Part shown: positions 37,443 to 46,900 of the stretch, piece after piece | Position numbering within the stretch: the stretch's first letter is position 1 | Layout of the letters: the number at the start of each line of letters is the position of its first letter | Assembly: GCA_016699555.1 (NCBI GenBank) | Contig: CP064981.1 | Span: forward strand, 155,456 to 219,455 | Source of the DNA: Candidatus Iainarchaeum sp. | GTDB taxonomy: Archaea > Iainarchaeota > Iainarchaeia > Iainarchaeales > VGJJ01 | Length of the DNA: 64,000 bases | Reading direction: 5' to 3' | Position numbers and translations under genes: made by a program | Notes under the pieces: generated by a model | Database searches by the model: none | Told to the model about the DNA's origin: nothing | The model's input: the letters and a program-made list of their open reading frames with translations, nothing else

Positions 37443-38066
37443 ATGCCCTCCGATACCAAAGGCGTTGGAAACCAATTGTGGACGGACGACAAGCTGATCG
37501 ATTTCCTGAAGCCCGGAAAAGAGCAGGAGTCCAAGCTCGCATCGCAACTGTCGCAATTACCTGCCGGCACGAGCGGCCTGCTCATCGTGCCGTCGAACCA
37601 ATACTCCATCATCCCGCGCGCCGTCATGGAATATTTTTCTCAGAAGAACATTCCCGGCGTTTATGTCTGCGTGAACCGTCCTTATCTCGATCTCGTGCGC
37701 GGCAACAATCCTTCTTCCGGGATCAAGTTCGTCGACGTGGTTACGGCGCTCACGGGAAAAGAGCTCACGGAGCTGCCCAACGTCCAATACCTGGATTCGC
37801 CTCTCGCGTTGGTGGAAATGGACATGGCGATCTCGGAGAACATGCAGAACATCGCGAGCAACCAGAAATTCCTCTTCGTGGACTCGGTTTCAACGCTACT
37901 GGTGTACAACTCTCCTCAAGCCGTGGAGAAATTCTGTCACACCATCATCAGCAAGAACCGCAACGCTTCCACGCTCGTGATATTGTTGGCCCTCGACACG
38001 GTCGAGCACAAGAACGTGTTGGATTCGCTGCACCAATTCGTCGATCAATCCATCGTGTTGCATTAG
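37443..38066 (+). CDS. Hypothetical protein, possibly a degenerate RecA/KaiC-like fold without a P-loop
   Basis: Alternating beta/alpha pattern (FLFVDSVSTLLVY...TLVILLALDT) but no Walker A. The overlapping 334-aa ORF in another frame is Arg-rich junk. Confidence 0.35.
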   Translation: MPSDTKGVGNQLWTDDKLIDFLKPGKEQESKLASQLSQLPAGTSGLLIVPSNQYSIIPRAVMEYFSQKNIPGVYVCVNRPYLDLVRGNNPSSGIKFVDVVTALTGKELTELPNVQYLDSPLALVEMDMAISENMQNIASNQKFLFVDSVSTLLVYNSPQAVEKFCHTIISKNRNASTLVILLALDTVEHKNVLDSLHQFVDQSIVLH

Positions 38067-38080
38067 GTTTGCGCTATCGG

Positions 38081-39250
38081 CTAGGCGAGCTGCCATTTCG
38101 TGTGCAGCGAGAGCAATGCATTGAGCGCCGCCGTCGCTTGCTGCAATCGCTTGCGCTGCAGCGCGGAATGGGCTTCATTCTCCTGCCACGCATGCTTCCA
38201 TTTCTCTTCTTCCTGCTTGGCCTGCGCGAGCGTCGTGCGCATGGCGATCCATCTGCGATAGCTTTCTTTTTCTTGGAGCGCTTTCTGCAACTGCTGCGAT
38301 TCGACTTCGAGCTCGTTGCCTTTCCAGAAGGTGCGCTCGAAGAACTTCTCGTGCAATGCATGGCGGAGGCGCCGCTCATATTCTTGCATCTGTGCAGTAG
38401 GAAGCGGCCACTCGTTCTTTTCGACTTCATGCAACGCTAATTCGATGAGGCGCTTCAGCGCCGTCGCGTGCGGATCGCGTGCGCGGGCTTGCGCGGGGTT
38501 CTTCACGTAATTGGCCAGCAACTGGACTTGGGCCATCTCCATCTGCTGCAACGCTTGTGTCTCATTGGAGAGGATTTCGAGGATGGGGGCGATGGCATCC
38601 CATTCTTCTTTCCAACGGCGTTCGAGGGTTTGCTTTTCTTCCACGCATGCGTCTTGCATCTCGATCAGGCGCTTCGTCTCGTTGAACGACTCATCGGATT
38701 CGAATTCGATCAATTCCGCATTTGCGCTGGCTGCGATATCCTGTGTGCGATAGAACTCCTTTCGCGCATGCTGCGCGGCCAATGCGATCCTTTTCTCCGC
38801 TTCGTCCTCGCGCACCACTTCTTCCAACAACGCGTGCGCGCGTTCGCTCCACGCCGATTCGATGCGCTGCGCCCAGATACGGCGCAATTCTTCGAGGTTT
38901 TGCTTCCATTCGTTGGACCACGCGACATATTCCATCTTGTCGCGTTCGCTCATACGCGCGATGTGGCGTTGCCAGAGGGGTTCGACGTGCGTGGTGAAGA
39001 AATCCATGCCCGTGCGGGCGTAATCCACCCAAGCCGTGGTGTTGACGCTTGGAATGAGGGCTTTGGCCTGGGTCGCGTCCATGAAACTCGTCCAATTCTT
39101 TCTCTGTGCGGTATTCCACAGGTATTTCTGCGACGCCATCCGGAGCGCCATCAGCTTGAGCGCGGTCTCGCGGCTTTCGTTGCGCGCGAGCTGGATGCGT
39201 GCAATCGCTTCGTGCAAGGGGATTTCTTCCGCTTTGTTTTGGAAAACCAT
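38081..39250 (-). CDS. Coiled-coil hypothetical protein (about 390 aa)
   Basis: E/R/Q/L-rich heptad-like sequence throughout. ATG at 39250 (MVFQNKAEE); an alternative ATG is at 39301. Confidence 0.4.
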   Translation of the reverse strand: MVFQNKAEEIPLHEAIARIQLARNESRETALKLMALRMASQKYLWNTAQRKNWTSFMDATQAKALIPSVNTTAWVDYARTGMDFFTTHVEPLWQRHIARMSERDKMEYVAWSNEWKQNLEELRRIWAQRIESAWSERAHALLEEVVREDEAEKRIALAAQHARKEFYRTQDIAASANAELIEFESDESFNETKRLIEMQDACVEEKQTLERRWKEEWDAIAPILEILSNETQALQQMEMAQVQLLANYVKNPAQARARDPHATALKRLIELALHEVEKNEWPLPTAQMQEYERRLRHALHEKFFERTFWKGNELEVESQQLQKALQEKESYRRWIAMRTTLAQAKQEEEKWKHAWQENEAHSALQRKRLQQATAALNALLSLHTKWQLA

Positions 39251-39352
39251 GCCATTCACGCGCCTAAGGATGGGGACAATGAACCTAAAATGCGCACACA
39301 TTTATAAACTGCAAAAGGTTCTTCCAGCTATTCTGTGTTGGGGTTTTGTACT

Positions 39353-39988
39353 ATGCGACTGCTAAATGTGTTTGCTATCTGCGGATTGGCTCTATTGGTC
39401 ATGGCGACGTTTGCCTCGGCGAATGTCGTTACGACGACGATGACATGGTTCGTTGCTTCATCGAAGTCCATCAGTGTCGCGTATGGTTCTCCTTGTACGT
39501 CGAGCGCATTCATCTTCAATGAGACGAATGCCATCTACGATCCCGATAGCGACGGGAATGCTGCCCGCGTCGTGCCTCAAGCCACGCGTGTTGGGCCGGG
39601 CGACAGCAATTGCCAGTCCTCTTCGCAAGCTGCGATTACCGTTACGAGCGCAGGAACGGCTAGCACGAATGTCGATGCTAACTTTGCCGCCGCATTCTCG
39701 GGTGCGGATGTCAACATCGTTTTGAAAGTCTGGCAAGGGAGCAGCGGATGCGGGACTGCGGGATTAGGCGGATGGGAGAAGGACTGTACCGTAACAGGCA
39801 CTACGAGCGCCCCCAACACCACGACGTGTAAGAACTTCAATTCCAGCAATGCTATTGCGGGTTCGCGTGTCATTACGAGTTTGGCCGTGTTTTCATCCAC
39901 GCAGCTATGCTTTTCGGGAGACTTCAACACCTACGTCGGTGCAGGAGATCACAACGCGAGCTTCCAGCTCGGGTCCGAATTCAGTTAA
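39353..39988 (+). CDS. Short paralog (P4) of the secreted DxDxDG-motif family, with the N- and C-modules fused and no variable insert
   Basis: MRLLNVFAICGLALLVMATFASA + TMTW..SVAYGSPCTSSAFIFNETNAIYDPDSDGNAARV + CQSSSQAAITV..NVDANFAAAFSGADVNIVLKVWQGSSGCGTAGLGGWEKDCTVT. Confidence 0.65.
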   Translation: MRLLNVFAICGLALLVMATFASANVVTTTMTWFVASSKSISVAYGSPCTSSAFIFNETNAIYDPDSDGNAARVVPQATRVGPGDSNCQSSSQAAITVTSAGTASTNVDANFAAAFSGADVNIVLKVWQGSSGCGTAGLGGWEKDCTVTGTTSAPNTTTCKNFNSSNAIAGSRVITSLAVFSSTQLCFSGDFNTYVGAGDHNASFQLGSEFS

Positions 39989-40078
39989 TCGTAGGAATGA
40001 TAGCCCGCGCGGCTATCCATTCCCATTCATTTATTAATCTCCCAATCCTATTCCTAGCAATTCACTCGTAGGGGAACC

Positions 40079-41184
40079 ATGATGACTTCCGAATCCGACG
40101 TTTCTACATCGCACCACACATCGACCGAGCACGCGCATTCAGCGCCCGCTGCGCATCATACTTCGCCTCCAAAACGCACGATGCCTCTCCCCCTCATCGC
40201 GGCGGGAGTGTTGATCCTCTTGATTGCTGGTGCATGGTATTTCTCGAGCGCTGCTGCTCCTGTTCCAGCTCCTGTTACGGGTACGGACACTCCTTCCCCG
40301 ACGCTTGCCCCCTCTGTGGAGGATCGCACCTCCACCGAAACGCTTACCTTTACCCAACGCGTGGAACGCAATGAATCCCTCAAGCGCACACTCACCAAAG
40401 CCAAGTACACGCGCGAAATCTATAGCATCGATCGCCGCGGCTACGACCTCTTCGAGTCCGCCGCCAATTTCACCGACAGCTCATTAGACGAGATCAAGGA
40501 GTTCTACCTCAATTGCTGCGATTTGACTTCCGAGGAAGACATCTTCGCCGATCTGCCTCCCATTCCAAGCGACTTCGCAGCCGTTGCATACGATATCGCG
40601 ACCGGTTCCTTGCTCCAACTGGGGCAAATCACGAAGGGCTATTACTTGCAACCCGAGTTCTATTTCCATGTAGGCGAAACGGCCGGGGCCAATCGCCGAA
40701 TCGCTTTCCGTGCATGGTCGCAGCCCGAATTGCAATACTGGGGGACAATGGCCACCTCTCCTATCCCAACACCCAATGGGGATCGCTCGTGAAAAGCAAA
40801 GAGAATGTCGCGCGCGCGGTCGTATTCTACGCGGCGGGCTGGAACATCCAGAATTATCAAGGCCTCATGCTCGTCCCTACTGCGGACTCCAAGAAATATT
40901 TTGACATCGAAATCCAAGCCGATTCGACTGCACAGCCCTACTTCCTGCTCGGGCCCACATTCCCTCGCTTCGACAAGCAATGGGCGGAAAAAGTCGTCAT
41001 CACGGTGCGTGCAAAACCCGACACGCCACCGGGCGAATACACTGTTGGACTCAACCCCGCAACGCCTCCAAAAGAAATCAATGAGAAATGGTCATCCGAC
41101 CACAAGGGATTGTACTTCGGCGGCCGCGGAGCGATTTCACCTGAAGGAAATCAGATTGACCTCGTCATCAACGTCCAAGAATAA
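40079..41184 (+). pseudogene. Membrane-anchored paralog of the 7315 lipoprotein, interrupted by a frameshift near a G-run at about 40737-40765
   Basis: The frame from 40079 (MMTSESD..TM helix..YLQPEF..WSQPELQY) ends at 40792. The frame from 40513 continues with PNTQWGSL...ILLGPTFPRFDKQW...EYTVGL, homologous to the C-terminal domain of 7315-8169. Confidence 0.55.
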
Positions 41185-41243
41185 TCGTTCTGTTGCCGGG
41201 GCGCTCAAAAAGACTATTAAGGCGCATTTCCCGTTTTGAGCGC

Positions 41244-43202
41244 ATGCGACTCGCATTGGGCATAGGGGTCATTTTCCTTTTCTTCATGTGCCTTGCCCCC
41301 GGCATCACCGCGAATGCGCCGACCAGCAATATCACCTGGCGCCCCGCTCTTGACACGGCATATTTTCTGGATTTGAGTTATGCGATTTGCCCTACTTCCA
41401 CGGGAAATTCCACTATCCAAGCGACCGTCGCGGGAGAAAGCGGTGCATCGGTCGTGGATGCGAACGTTTTCGCGACCATCCGAAAACCCGATCTCTCTAC
41501 GACGGATGTGAATTTCACCAACAATCTCTCGGGGACCTACTCCTATACATACGACTTCGACCAGAATGGAACGTATCTCATCCAGGCGCACGCATACAAA
41601 CCCGGCATCACGCCCGGGGATGCCAACGCCTATGTGTATCTCGGCAATTTGGATTTCGATATCATTTTCCTCAACAACAATTTCTCGATCGCTGTTGGCG
41701 CGCTCGGGACGATCCAGAATATCGTGTACAATTCCGATGGCAATATCGTGTATGACATCAACGCCAACACCTCAATCCTGCTGAATGGAACGGTCGTGGA
41801 TGCCAATCGTGCGATGGCACAGGCGGCGAATGGGGAATTCTCCTACAATTTCTTCGGTCCCTCTCCCGCTGGCACGTACACGGTCACTACCGTCACCCAG
41901 TGCGGGAACCGTTATGATTCCAACACCTCGGGGGGATTCACCACTACCTCGGCTTCGACCGGGGGCACAGGCGGAACGGGATCAACGGGCGGGGGCTCGA
42001 CTGGAGGCGGAGGAGGAGGCGGCGGGGGTGGCGGTGGCGGTAGCTCTCGGCGTGCACAGATCATCGACATCTCATTCGATCCTGCGCCTGCGCGCAACAT
42101 GTCATCACAATTGAGCACGACGCTCCTCAATCTCACTACCGGGATCAATGACTACGTGCTCGAATACCAGGTCACGCTTCCTTCAGGCGCCATTGTGGTG
42201 GGTGAACGTGCGGCGCTTGCAGTTGCACCTTATTTGCCCAGCACATTCGTGTTGGAGGATTCCTACATTCCGACGGAGCTGGGGGTAATCATCGTGGACG
42301 TTTGGGCTAAATCCCCCAACAAGCGGACGACTTATGCCACGCTCCGGCGCACGTTTGATGTCACGGGGACGCACCTCATCAATGTCGATGTGGCAACGCC
42401 TTCGACGAAGAGCGCGCAAGGGTTGTCATTCCCCTTCACGATCAACCTTGCCAATGAAGGGGATTTCGACGAGGCGAATGTCGAGGTGTCATGGCACATC
42501 ATGGATCCCAACGACACGCCCTACAGCCAGTCCACACTCACGACGACCATCAACAAAGGGGATTCGGTTTCCTTCCCCTACAGCGCGTTCATCCCACTCA
42601 ATGCGGTGTTGGGACTGCATGCCTTGGAGGTCGAGATTACCGCCTATGGCCAAACCCAGAAGCGCGAGGTGATGTTCGAGGTATCTTCGCCGAATGACTA
42701 TTATGCCCAAGTCATCGCTGACCTGGAATTGCGCGCCGATCAGCTCGAAGAAAAACTCAAGGACTTGCAACAGCGCGGATTCGATGTCTCGGATGAAACG
42801 AGTATGCTGCTGGACATCCAGACCGACTTAGCGCGTGCAAAAGGAACCTTTCTCGCAGGAAAATTCGAGAACCTGAACACGCAACTGCTGAAAATCTCCG
42901 AGGATCTGACAAAACTGGCTTCGATGATCGACCTCATCGGGCAACAAGCGCCCCTGCTCTCGAGAGACGGTCTGATCATCATCGGTTATGCCGCGGGAGT
43001 GTTGCTGCTGATTGCGTTGGCCTACCTCTTATGGAAGAAGCTCCGCGAACACGCCGTGCCCAAGAGCCCACTGCTGACGCCCTATCCCCGCTTGCCATGG
43101 TTCATGCGCTTCATGCGATTGGAGAAATGCTATATCCCCATACGTGAACGCAAAAAACAAAAAAGAAAGGCTTTAATATCCCGACTTCTTGGGTTGGAGT
43201 AG
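41244..43202 (+). CDS. Large surface protein with signal peptide, CARDB-like beta domains, a poly-Gly/Thr linker and a C-terminal TM anchor
   Basis: MRLALGIGVIFLFFMCLAPGITANA. STGGTGGTGSTGGGSTGGGGGGGGGGGGGS. C-terminal LIIIGYAAGVLLLIALAYLLWKKLRE. The track start is TTG; the ATG is at 41244. Confidence 0.6.
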   Translation: MRLALGIGVIFLFFMCLAPGITANAPTSNITWRPALDTAYFLDLSYAICPTSTGNSTIQATVAGESGASVVDANVFATIRKPDLSTTDVNFTNNLSGTYSYTYDFDQNGTYLIQAHAYKPGITPGDANAYVYLGNLDFDIIFLNNNFSIAVGALGTIQNIVYNSDGNIVYDINANTSILLNGTVVDANRAMAQAANGEFSYNFFGPSPAGTYTVTTVTQCGNRYDSNTSGGFTTTSASTGGTGGTGSTGGGSTGGGGGGGGGGGGGSSRRAQIIDISFDPAPARNMSSQLSTTLLNLTTGINDYVLEYQVTLPSGAIVVGERAALAVAPYLPSTFVLEDSYIPTELGVIIVDVWAKSPNKRTTYATLRRTFDVTGTHLINVDVATPSTKSAQGLSFPFTINLANEGDFDEANVEVSWHIMDPNDTPYSQSTLTTTINKGDSVSFPYSAFIPLNAVLGLHALEVEITAYGQTQKREVMFEVSSPNDYYAQVIADLELRADQLEEKLKDLQQRGFDVSDETSMLLDIQTDLARAKGTFLAGKFENLNTQLLKISEDLTKLASMIDLIGQQAPLLSRDGLIIIGYAAGVLLLIALAYLLWKKLREHAVPKSPLLTPYPRLPWFMRFMRLEKCYIPIRERKKQKRKALISRLLGLE

Positions 43203-43212
43203 TGGTGAGACT

Positions 43213-43488
43213 ATGGTGAGCTCCGAAATGATTGTTTCATTGGGATTATTTGTCGTCCAGCTGGCAGTGGCTGTCTATCTGATCCGCTACTCCAACCAGC
43301 AGCTGATGACCAGCGTCTCCGGATTGCGCGACAAGAATCTGGAATTGATGAAATTGAACGCACGCCTCACCAAAACCATGATATCGAACGAGAATGCCAT
43401 CCGCAAGGAACTGGATCAGTTGCGCGGAAGCGTCGGAAGCAAATCTTCCACCGAACAAGTCGTCGCCGTGCCTGCGAAGAAGGCATGA
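43213..43488 (+). CDS. Small single-pass membrane coiled-coil protein (tandem paralog 1)
   Basis: MVSSEMIVSLGLFVVQLAVAVYLIRYSNQQ + coiled coil. Paralogous to the next gene. Confidence 0.5.
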   Translation: MVSSEMIVSLGLFVVQLAVAVYLIRYSNQQLMTSVSGLRDKNLELMKLNARLTKTMISNENAIRKELDQLRGSVGSKSSTEQVVAVPAKKA

Positions 43489-43515
43489 TTCCACTTACGC
43501 TGGAGAAAGATTCCC

Positions 43516-43770
43516 ATGATCGGCTCTGAACTCATCGTCACGGTTGGCTTATTCGTCATCTCTCTCTTAGTGGCCGTTTATCTCATCCGTTACTCCAACC
43601 AACAAGTCGCGAGCTGCCTGACCACGCTCGAGAAACAACACAATGAATTGGTGGACTTGAACGGGAAACTCGCCAAGGAAATCCTCTCCATGGACAAGAA
43701 GATCCGCAGCGAGATCGATGTGGCGCGCTCCCATCTCATGACGCACAAGAAAAAGAAAGCCAGCGCATAA
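43516..43770 (+). CDS. Small single-pass membrane coiled-coil protein (tandem paralog 2)
   Basis: MIGSELIVTVGLFVISLLVAVYLIRYSNQQ + coiled coil. Confidence 0.5.
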   Translation: MIGSELIVTVGLFVISLLVAVYLIRYSNQQVASCLTTLEKQHNELVDLNGKLAKEILSMDKKIRSEIDVARSHLMTHKKKKASA

Positions 43771-43816
43771 GCGCTTTTTCGTTCGCTTTATTTTTCTTTC
43801 CACTCTCTATTAGTGC

Positions 43817-44293
43817 ATGTCTCAAGCTGAAGCCACGCGCATTCAACATCTCTTGAAAGAAAAGAATATCCCATTCGAGCACATGGTGCACGCGCCCGTG
43901 TATACTTCCGAGCAAGCCATGCAGGCACGCAAGGGAGAATTGCACAATGGGGTAAAGGCCATGGTGTTGGAAACAGAACGCGGGATCGTTCTCGCGTTGC
44001 TGGCGGCCGACCTGAAAATGGATTTGGATGCGTTCGCAAAACTAATGGAATTCAAAAAAGTCAAACTCGCGAGCAAAGAAAAAGTATTGGAGTGCACGGG
44101 CTGCGAGCCGGGCTCCGTTCCCCCATTCGGGTTCGAACCGCCCCTTCCAACGTACCTCGATGAGACCATTTTCGACCATGAGTGGGCGGAATTCAATATC
44201 GGACTGTTAACGGAAAGCATCAAGATGAAAACAAGCGATTTACGCTTGGTTTTACCGCAACGACTGCTGAAATTCGCGAAGAAGATGCAATAA
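43817..44293 (+). CDS. YbaK/ProX-family aminoacyl-tRNA deacylase (Cys-tRNA(Pro)/Ala-tRNA(Pro) editing)
   Basis: YbaK-domain pattern including TGCEPGSVPPFGF and NGVKAMVLE. Confidence 0.75.
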   Translation: MSQAEATRIQHLLKEKNIPFEHMVHAPVYTSEQAMQARKGELHNGVKAMVLETERGIVLALLAADLKMDLDAFAKLMEFKKVKLASKEKVLECTGCEPGSVPPFGFEPPLPTYLDETIFDHEWAEFNIGLLTESIKMKTSDLRLVLPQRLLKFAKKMQ

Positions 44294-44310
44294 AACCCCG
44301 TAAATCCCAG

Positions 44311-44545
44311 CGAAAGGAGTTATCGGGTACTCTTTGGAGTATCCGTTCTCGTACCGCACAGCCGAAACTGTGCATCGGCCTTTGATAAAGGCCGGCGAAA
44401 GGAGTTATCGGGTACTCTTTGGAGTACCCGTTCTCGTACCGCACAGCCGAAACTGTGCATCGGCCTTTGATAAAGGCCGGCGAAAGGAGTTATCGGGTAC
44501 TCTTTGGAGTACCCGTTCTCGTACCGCACAGCCGAAACTGTGCAT
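44311..44545. repeat. Tandem repeat: 2.75 copies of an 85-bp unit, each with three hairpins; ends in TTTTTT
   Basis: Units start at 44311, 44396 and 44481 (the last truncated at 65 nt), with one mismatch between copy 1 and 2. Hairpins: cgggtactc-tttg-gagtacccg, gcacag-ccgaaa-ctgtgc, ccggccttt-gat-aaaggccgg. Confidence 0.85.
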
Positions 44546-44634
44546 TTATAAGCCTTTTTTAGGGGTTCTTGGGTTATAGTGGCTCAAAAGCCGCCAATGA
44601 AAGCTTCCTTTGGAAGTTTTGAGGTGAAAAGAAT

Positions 44635-44991
44635 ATGACACACGAAGTCCCTAACGACCTGAAAGAGAAACAGAACGAATTCCTTTCGGATTTGAAGAAA
44701 AAGCACGGAAAGAGCCGTATCGGGATCAATGAAGTCACGAAGGCCATCGAGCGCGATACCGCCAAGATCGTTTTCGTCGCCAAAGACGTTTCCCCTGCGG
44801 AAGTCGTCATGCACTTGCCTTTGATCTGCAAAGAAAAGAAAGTCCCTTTCTCCTACGTCGACACGAAGAAAGAATTGGGCGAAAAGATCGGCATCGCCGT
44901 TGGTGCAGCCGCCGTCGCTGTCACGGATTTGGGCGAATCCCAAAAAGAATTCGATGTCATCGTCAAACGCTTGCACGAGCTGGCGAAATAA
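44635..44991 (+). CDS. rpl7ae: Ribosomal protein L7Ae
   Basis: KSRIGINEVTKAIERDTAKIVFVAKDVSP...KKVPFSYVDTKKELGEKIG. Confidence 0.9.
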   Translation: MTHEVPNDLKEKQNEFLSDLKKKHGKSRIGINEVTKAIERDTAKIVFVAKDVSPAEVVMHLPLICKEKKVPFSYVDTKKELGEKIGIAVGAAAVAVTDLGESQKEFDVIVKRLHELAK

Positions 44992-45011
44992 GGGAACGGG
45001 GCTGATGCACT

Positions 45012-45221
45012 ATGGCTGAAACCGGAACCCCTGCTGAAGTCGTCGAAGTCGTGAAGCGCACTGGTGTGCATGGCGAAATCACACAGGTGTTGTGTAAGAT
45101 CCTCGACGGACCCGAAAAAGGACGCGTCAAGCGACGCAATGTGCGCGGTTTTTTGCGCAAGGGCGACTTGTTGGTGTTGTTGAACACTGAACGCGAAGCC
45201 AAGGAAATCAAAGCGAGATGA
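45012..45221 (+). CDS. rps28e: Ribosomal protein S28e
   Basis: [59 protein letters not shown]. Confidence 0.9.
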   Translation: MAETGTPAEVVEVVKRTGVHGEITQVLCKILDGPEKGRVKRRNVRGFLRKGDLLVLLNTEREAKEIKAR

Positions 45222-45227
45222 TGAAAC

Positions 45228-45449
45228 ATGGACTGCACATTTTGTGGTAAAAAAATCCCCCAGGGAACGGGCATCATCTTTGCTCGCAAAACCGGGCAAG
45301 TACAGCATTTCTGCACGCGCAAGTGCGAGATGAATACCAATAAACTCCATCGCCAACCACGCGAAACCGCTTGGACTGCCGAATACAAGAAAGTCAAAGC
45401 CACCCGCATTACGGCGATGAAGCACGCAAAAGAAAAGAAAGCCAACTAA
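45228..45449 (+). CDS. rpl24e: Ribosomal protein L24e
   Basis: MDCTFCGKKIPQGTGIIFARKTGQVQHFCTRKC is the L24e zinc-binding fold. Confidence 0.9.
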   Translation: MDCTFCGKKIPQGTGIIFARKTGQVQHFCTRKCEMNTNKLHRQPRETAWTAEYKKVKATRITAMKHAKEKKAN

Positions 45450-45502
45450 TTCGCTTTCTTTCTTTTCATTATTTTTTCTAATAATTTGCGAGGGAATCTA
45501 CT

Positions 45503-45997
45503 ATGATGGAACGAAGCCTTGTTTTGATCAAACCCGATGGCGTACAACGCGCACTAATCGGACGCATTCTGCAACGATTTGAAGATGCGGGAATCAAACC
45601 CATTGGGATGAAAATGGTCCATGTGGACAAGAAATTCGCCGCCGAACACTACTTTGACGTGGGTCAACGCCGCGGAGAAAAAGTATTGGAATACAACGCC
45701 AATTTCTTGAGCGAAGGACCTGTCGTCGCGCTCGTGTTGGAAGGGATCAACTGCATCGAATCCATCCGCAAAATGGTGGGAAGCACGGAACCAAAGGCTG
45801 CCGCTCCCGGCACTATCCGCGGAGACTTCGCCCACCAAAGCTACGCGTGGTGCGACTCCAATGACATGGTGGTACGCAACTTGATCCACGCCTCTTCCTC
45901 TACCGAAGACGCGCAGAAAGAAATCGCATTGTGGTTCACTCCCAAGGAAATCCATTCTTACAAGAATGTCCACGAAATGCACACGTTCGGAAAGTAG
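45503..45997 (+). CDS. ndk: Nucleoside diphosphate kinase
   Basis: ERSLVLIKPDGVQRALIGRILQRFEDAGIKPIGMKM...GTIRGDFA...RNLIHASSS. Confidence 0.9.
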   Translation: MMERSLVLIKPDGVQRALIGRILQRFEDAGIKPIGMKMVHVDKKFAAEHYFDVGQRRGEKVLEYNANFLSEGPVVALVLEGINCIESIRKMVGSTEPKAAAPGTIRGDFAHQSYAWCDSNDMVVRNLIHASSSTEDAQKEIALWFTPKEIHSYKNVHEMHTFGK

Positions 45998-46111
45998 TCT
46001 GGATTACGGTAAGTAATCCTAACGCTTTTGATCAACCTTTTTGCAAAAGGTTAGTGTGCGAAATGCACACGTTCGGGAAATAGTTTTCCCGCTCTGTGTA
46101 CCATTGCTGCG

Positions 46112-46375
46112 CTATCGCTTTATGTTTGGTAATTTGCCTTCAAGAAATGCGAACTGTCGAATTAATTCTCTTCGCGTCGGGGTTCGTTTCATCCGCAGTT
46201 TGAATTGTTGAATATACTTGCGTACAATTACTAGTTGCGCGTTATTGACTCTTCGTAGTTGACGGAGTTTTCCCAAGATAATGCTTAATTGAACCGCTTT
46301 CCGCTTTTCGCGGGGAGCCAACCCAAACATATGTCCACGCTGGCCGATACCTTTTGGATTTTGTCGTTTGCGCAT
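46112..46375 (-). CDS. Small highly basic protein (87 aa), hypothetical
   Basis: ATG start, MRKRQNPKGIGQRGHMFGLAPREKRK..., pI very high. Not confidently matched to any ribosomal protein family. Confidence 0.35.
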   Translation of the reverse strand: MRKRQNPKGIGQRGHMFGLAPREKRKAVQLSIILGKLRQLRRVNNAQLVIVRKYIQQFKLRMKRTPTRRELIRQFAFLEGKLPNIKR

Positions 46376-46418
46376 GCGAAAAGAAAGCTTTTAGTATAAT
46401 TAAAGTCGTTCGTCTTGT

Positions 46419-46844
46419 ATGCGCTTCCTCGTGAAAAAACTCTCTCCTGACGCGATTATCCCTAAGTATGCCTTACCCGGGGACGCGGGAATGGACATTT
46501 ACGCGAATGAAACGATTACGCTGCAACCCAACCAAAAACACGCGGTAAAGACGGGCATTGCCTTTGCGATTCCCCCAGGGCATGTAGGATTGGTATGGGA
46601 CAAATCAGGCTTAGCAGTCAAACATCACTTGCACACGTTTGCGGGCGTAATCGATGAAACCTATCGCGGGGAATTGCAAATCATGATATGCAATTTCGGT
46701 GTTACGCCTTATACCATTGAAAAAGGCAAGAAAGTGGCCCAACTGCTCATCCAACCCATTACCCATCCCCTCATTGAAGAAGTGCAGGAACTGGATTCCA
46801 CTATCCGCGGAGAAGGCGGTTTCGGAAGCACAGGCATGCAGTAG
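46419..46844 (+). CDS. dut: dUTP diphosphatase (dUTPase)
   Basis: AIIPKYALPGDAGMDIYA...GVIDETYRGEL...RGEGGFGSTG dUTPase motifs. Confidence 0.85.
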   Translation: MRFLVKKLSPDAIIPKYALPGDAGMDIYANETITLQPNQKHAVKTGIAFAIPPGHVGLVWDKSGLAVKHHLHTFAGVIDETYRGELQIMICNFGVTPYTIEKGKKVAQLLIQPITHPLIEEVQELDSTIRGEGGFGSTGMQ

Positions 46845-46900
46845 GCCATTATTGGAACTTTTTGGCTTGCGTTTTAATACCTCCAAGGCGAATGATTCGT

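Noticed and set aside
37436-38440. 334-aa ORF overlapping 37443-38066 and antisense to 38081-39250
   Set aside because: Extremely Arg/His/Gln-rich (RRRGYGAHGKRAHGAAQRP...) and not protein-like. The alternative frames give ordinary protein composition.
44311-44545. Possible CRISPR array
   Set aside because: The units are contiguous, identical 85-bp repeats with no unique spacers. No cas genes are in the window.
44220-44579. Three overlapping ORFs (44220-44444 -, 44320-44529 -, 44334-44579 +) with repeated peptide MRYENGYSKEYPITPFAGLYQRPMHSFGCAVRER...
   Set aside because: They are artefacts of translating the 85-bp tandem repeat. The identical peptides simply mirror the DNA repeat, and hairpin-rich intergenic sequence is unlikely to be coding.
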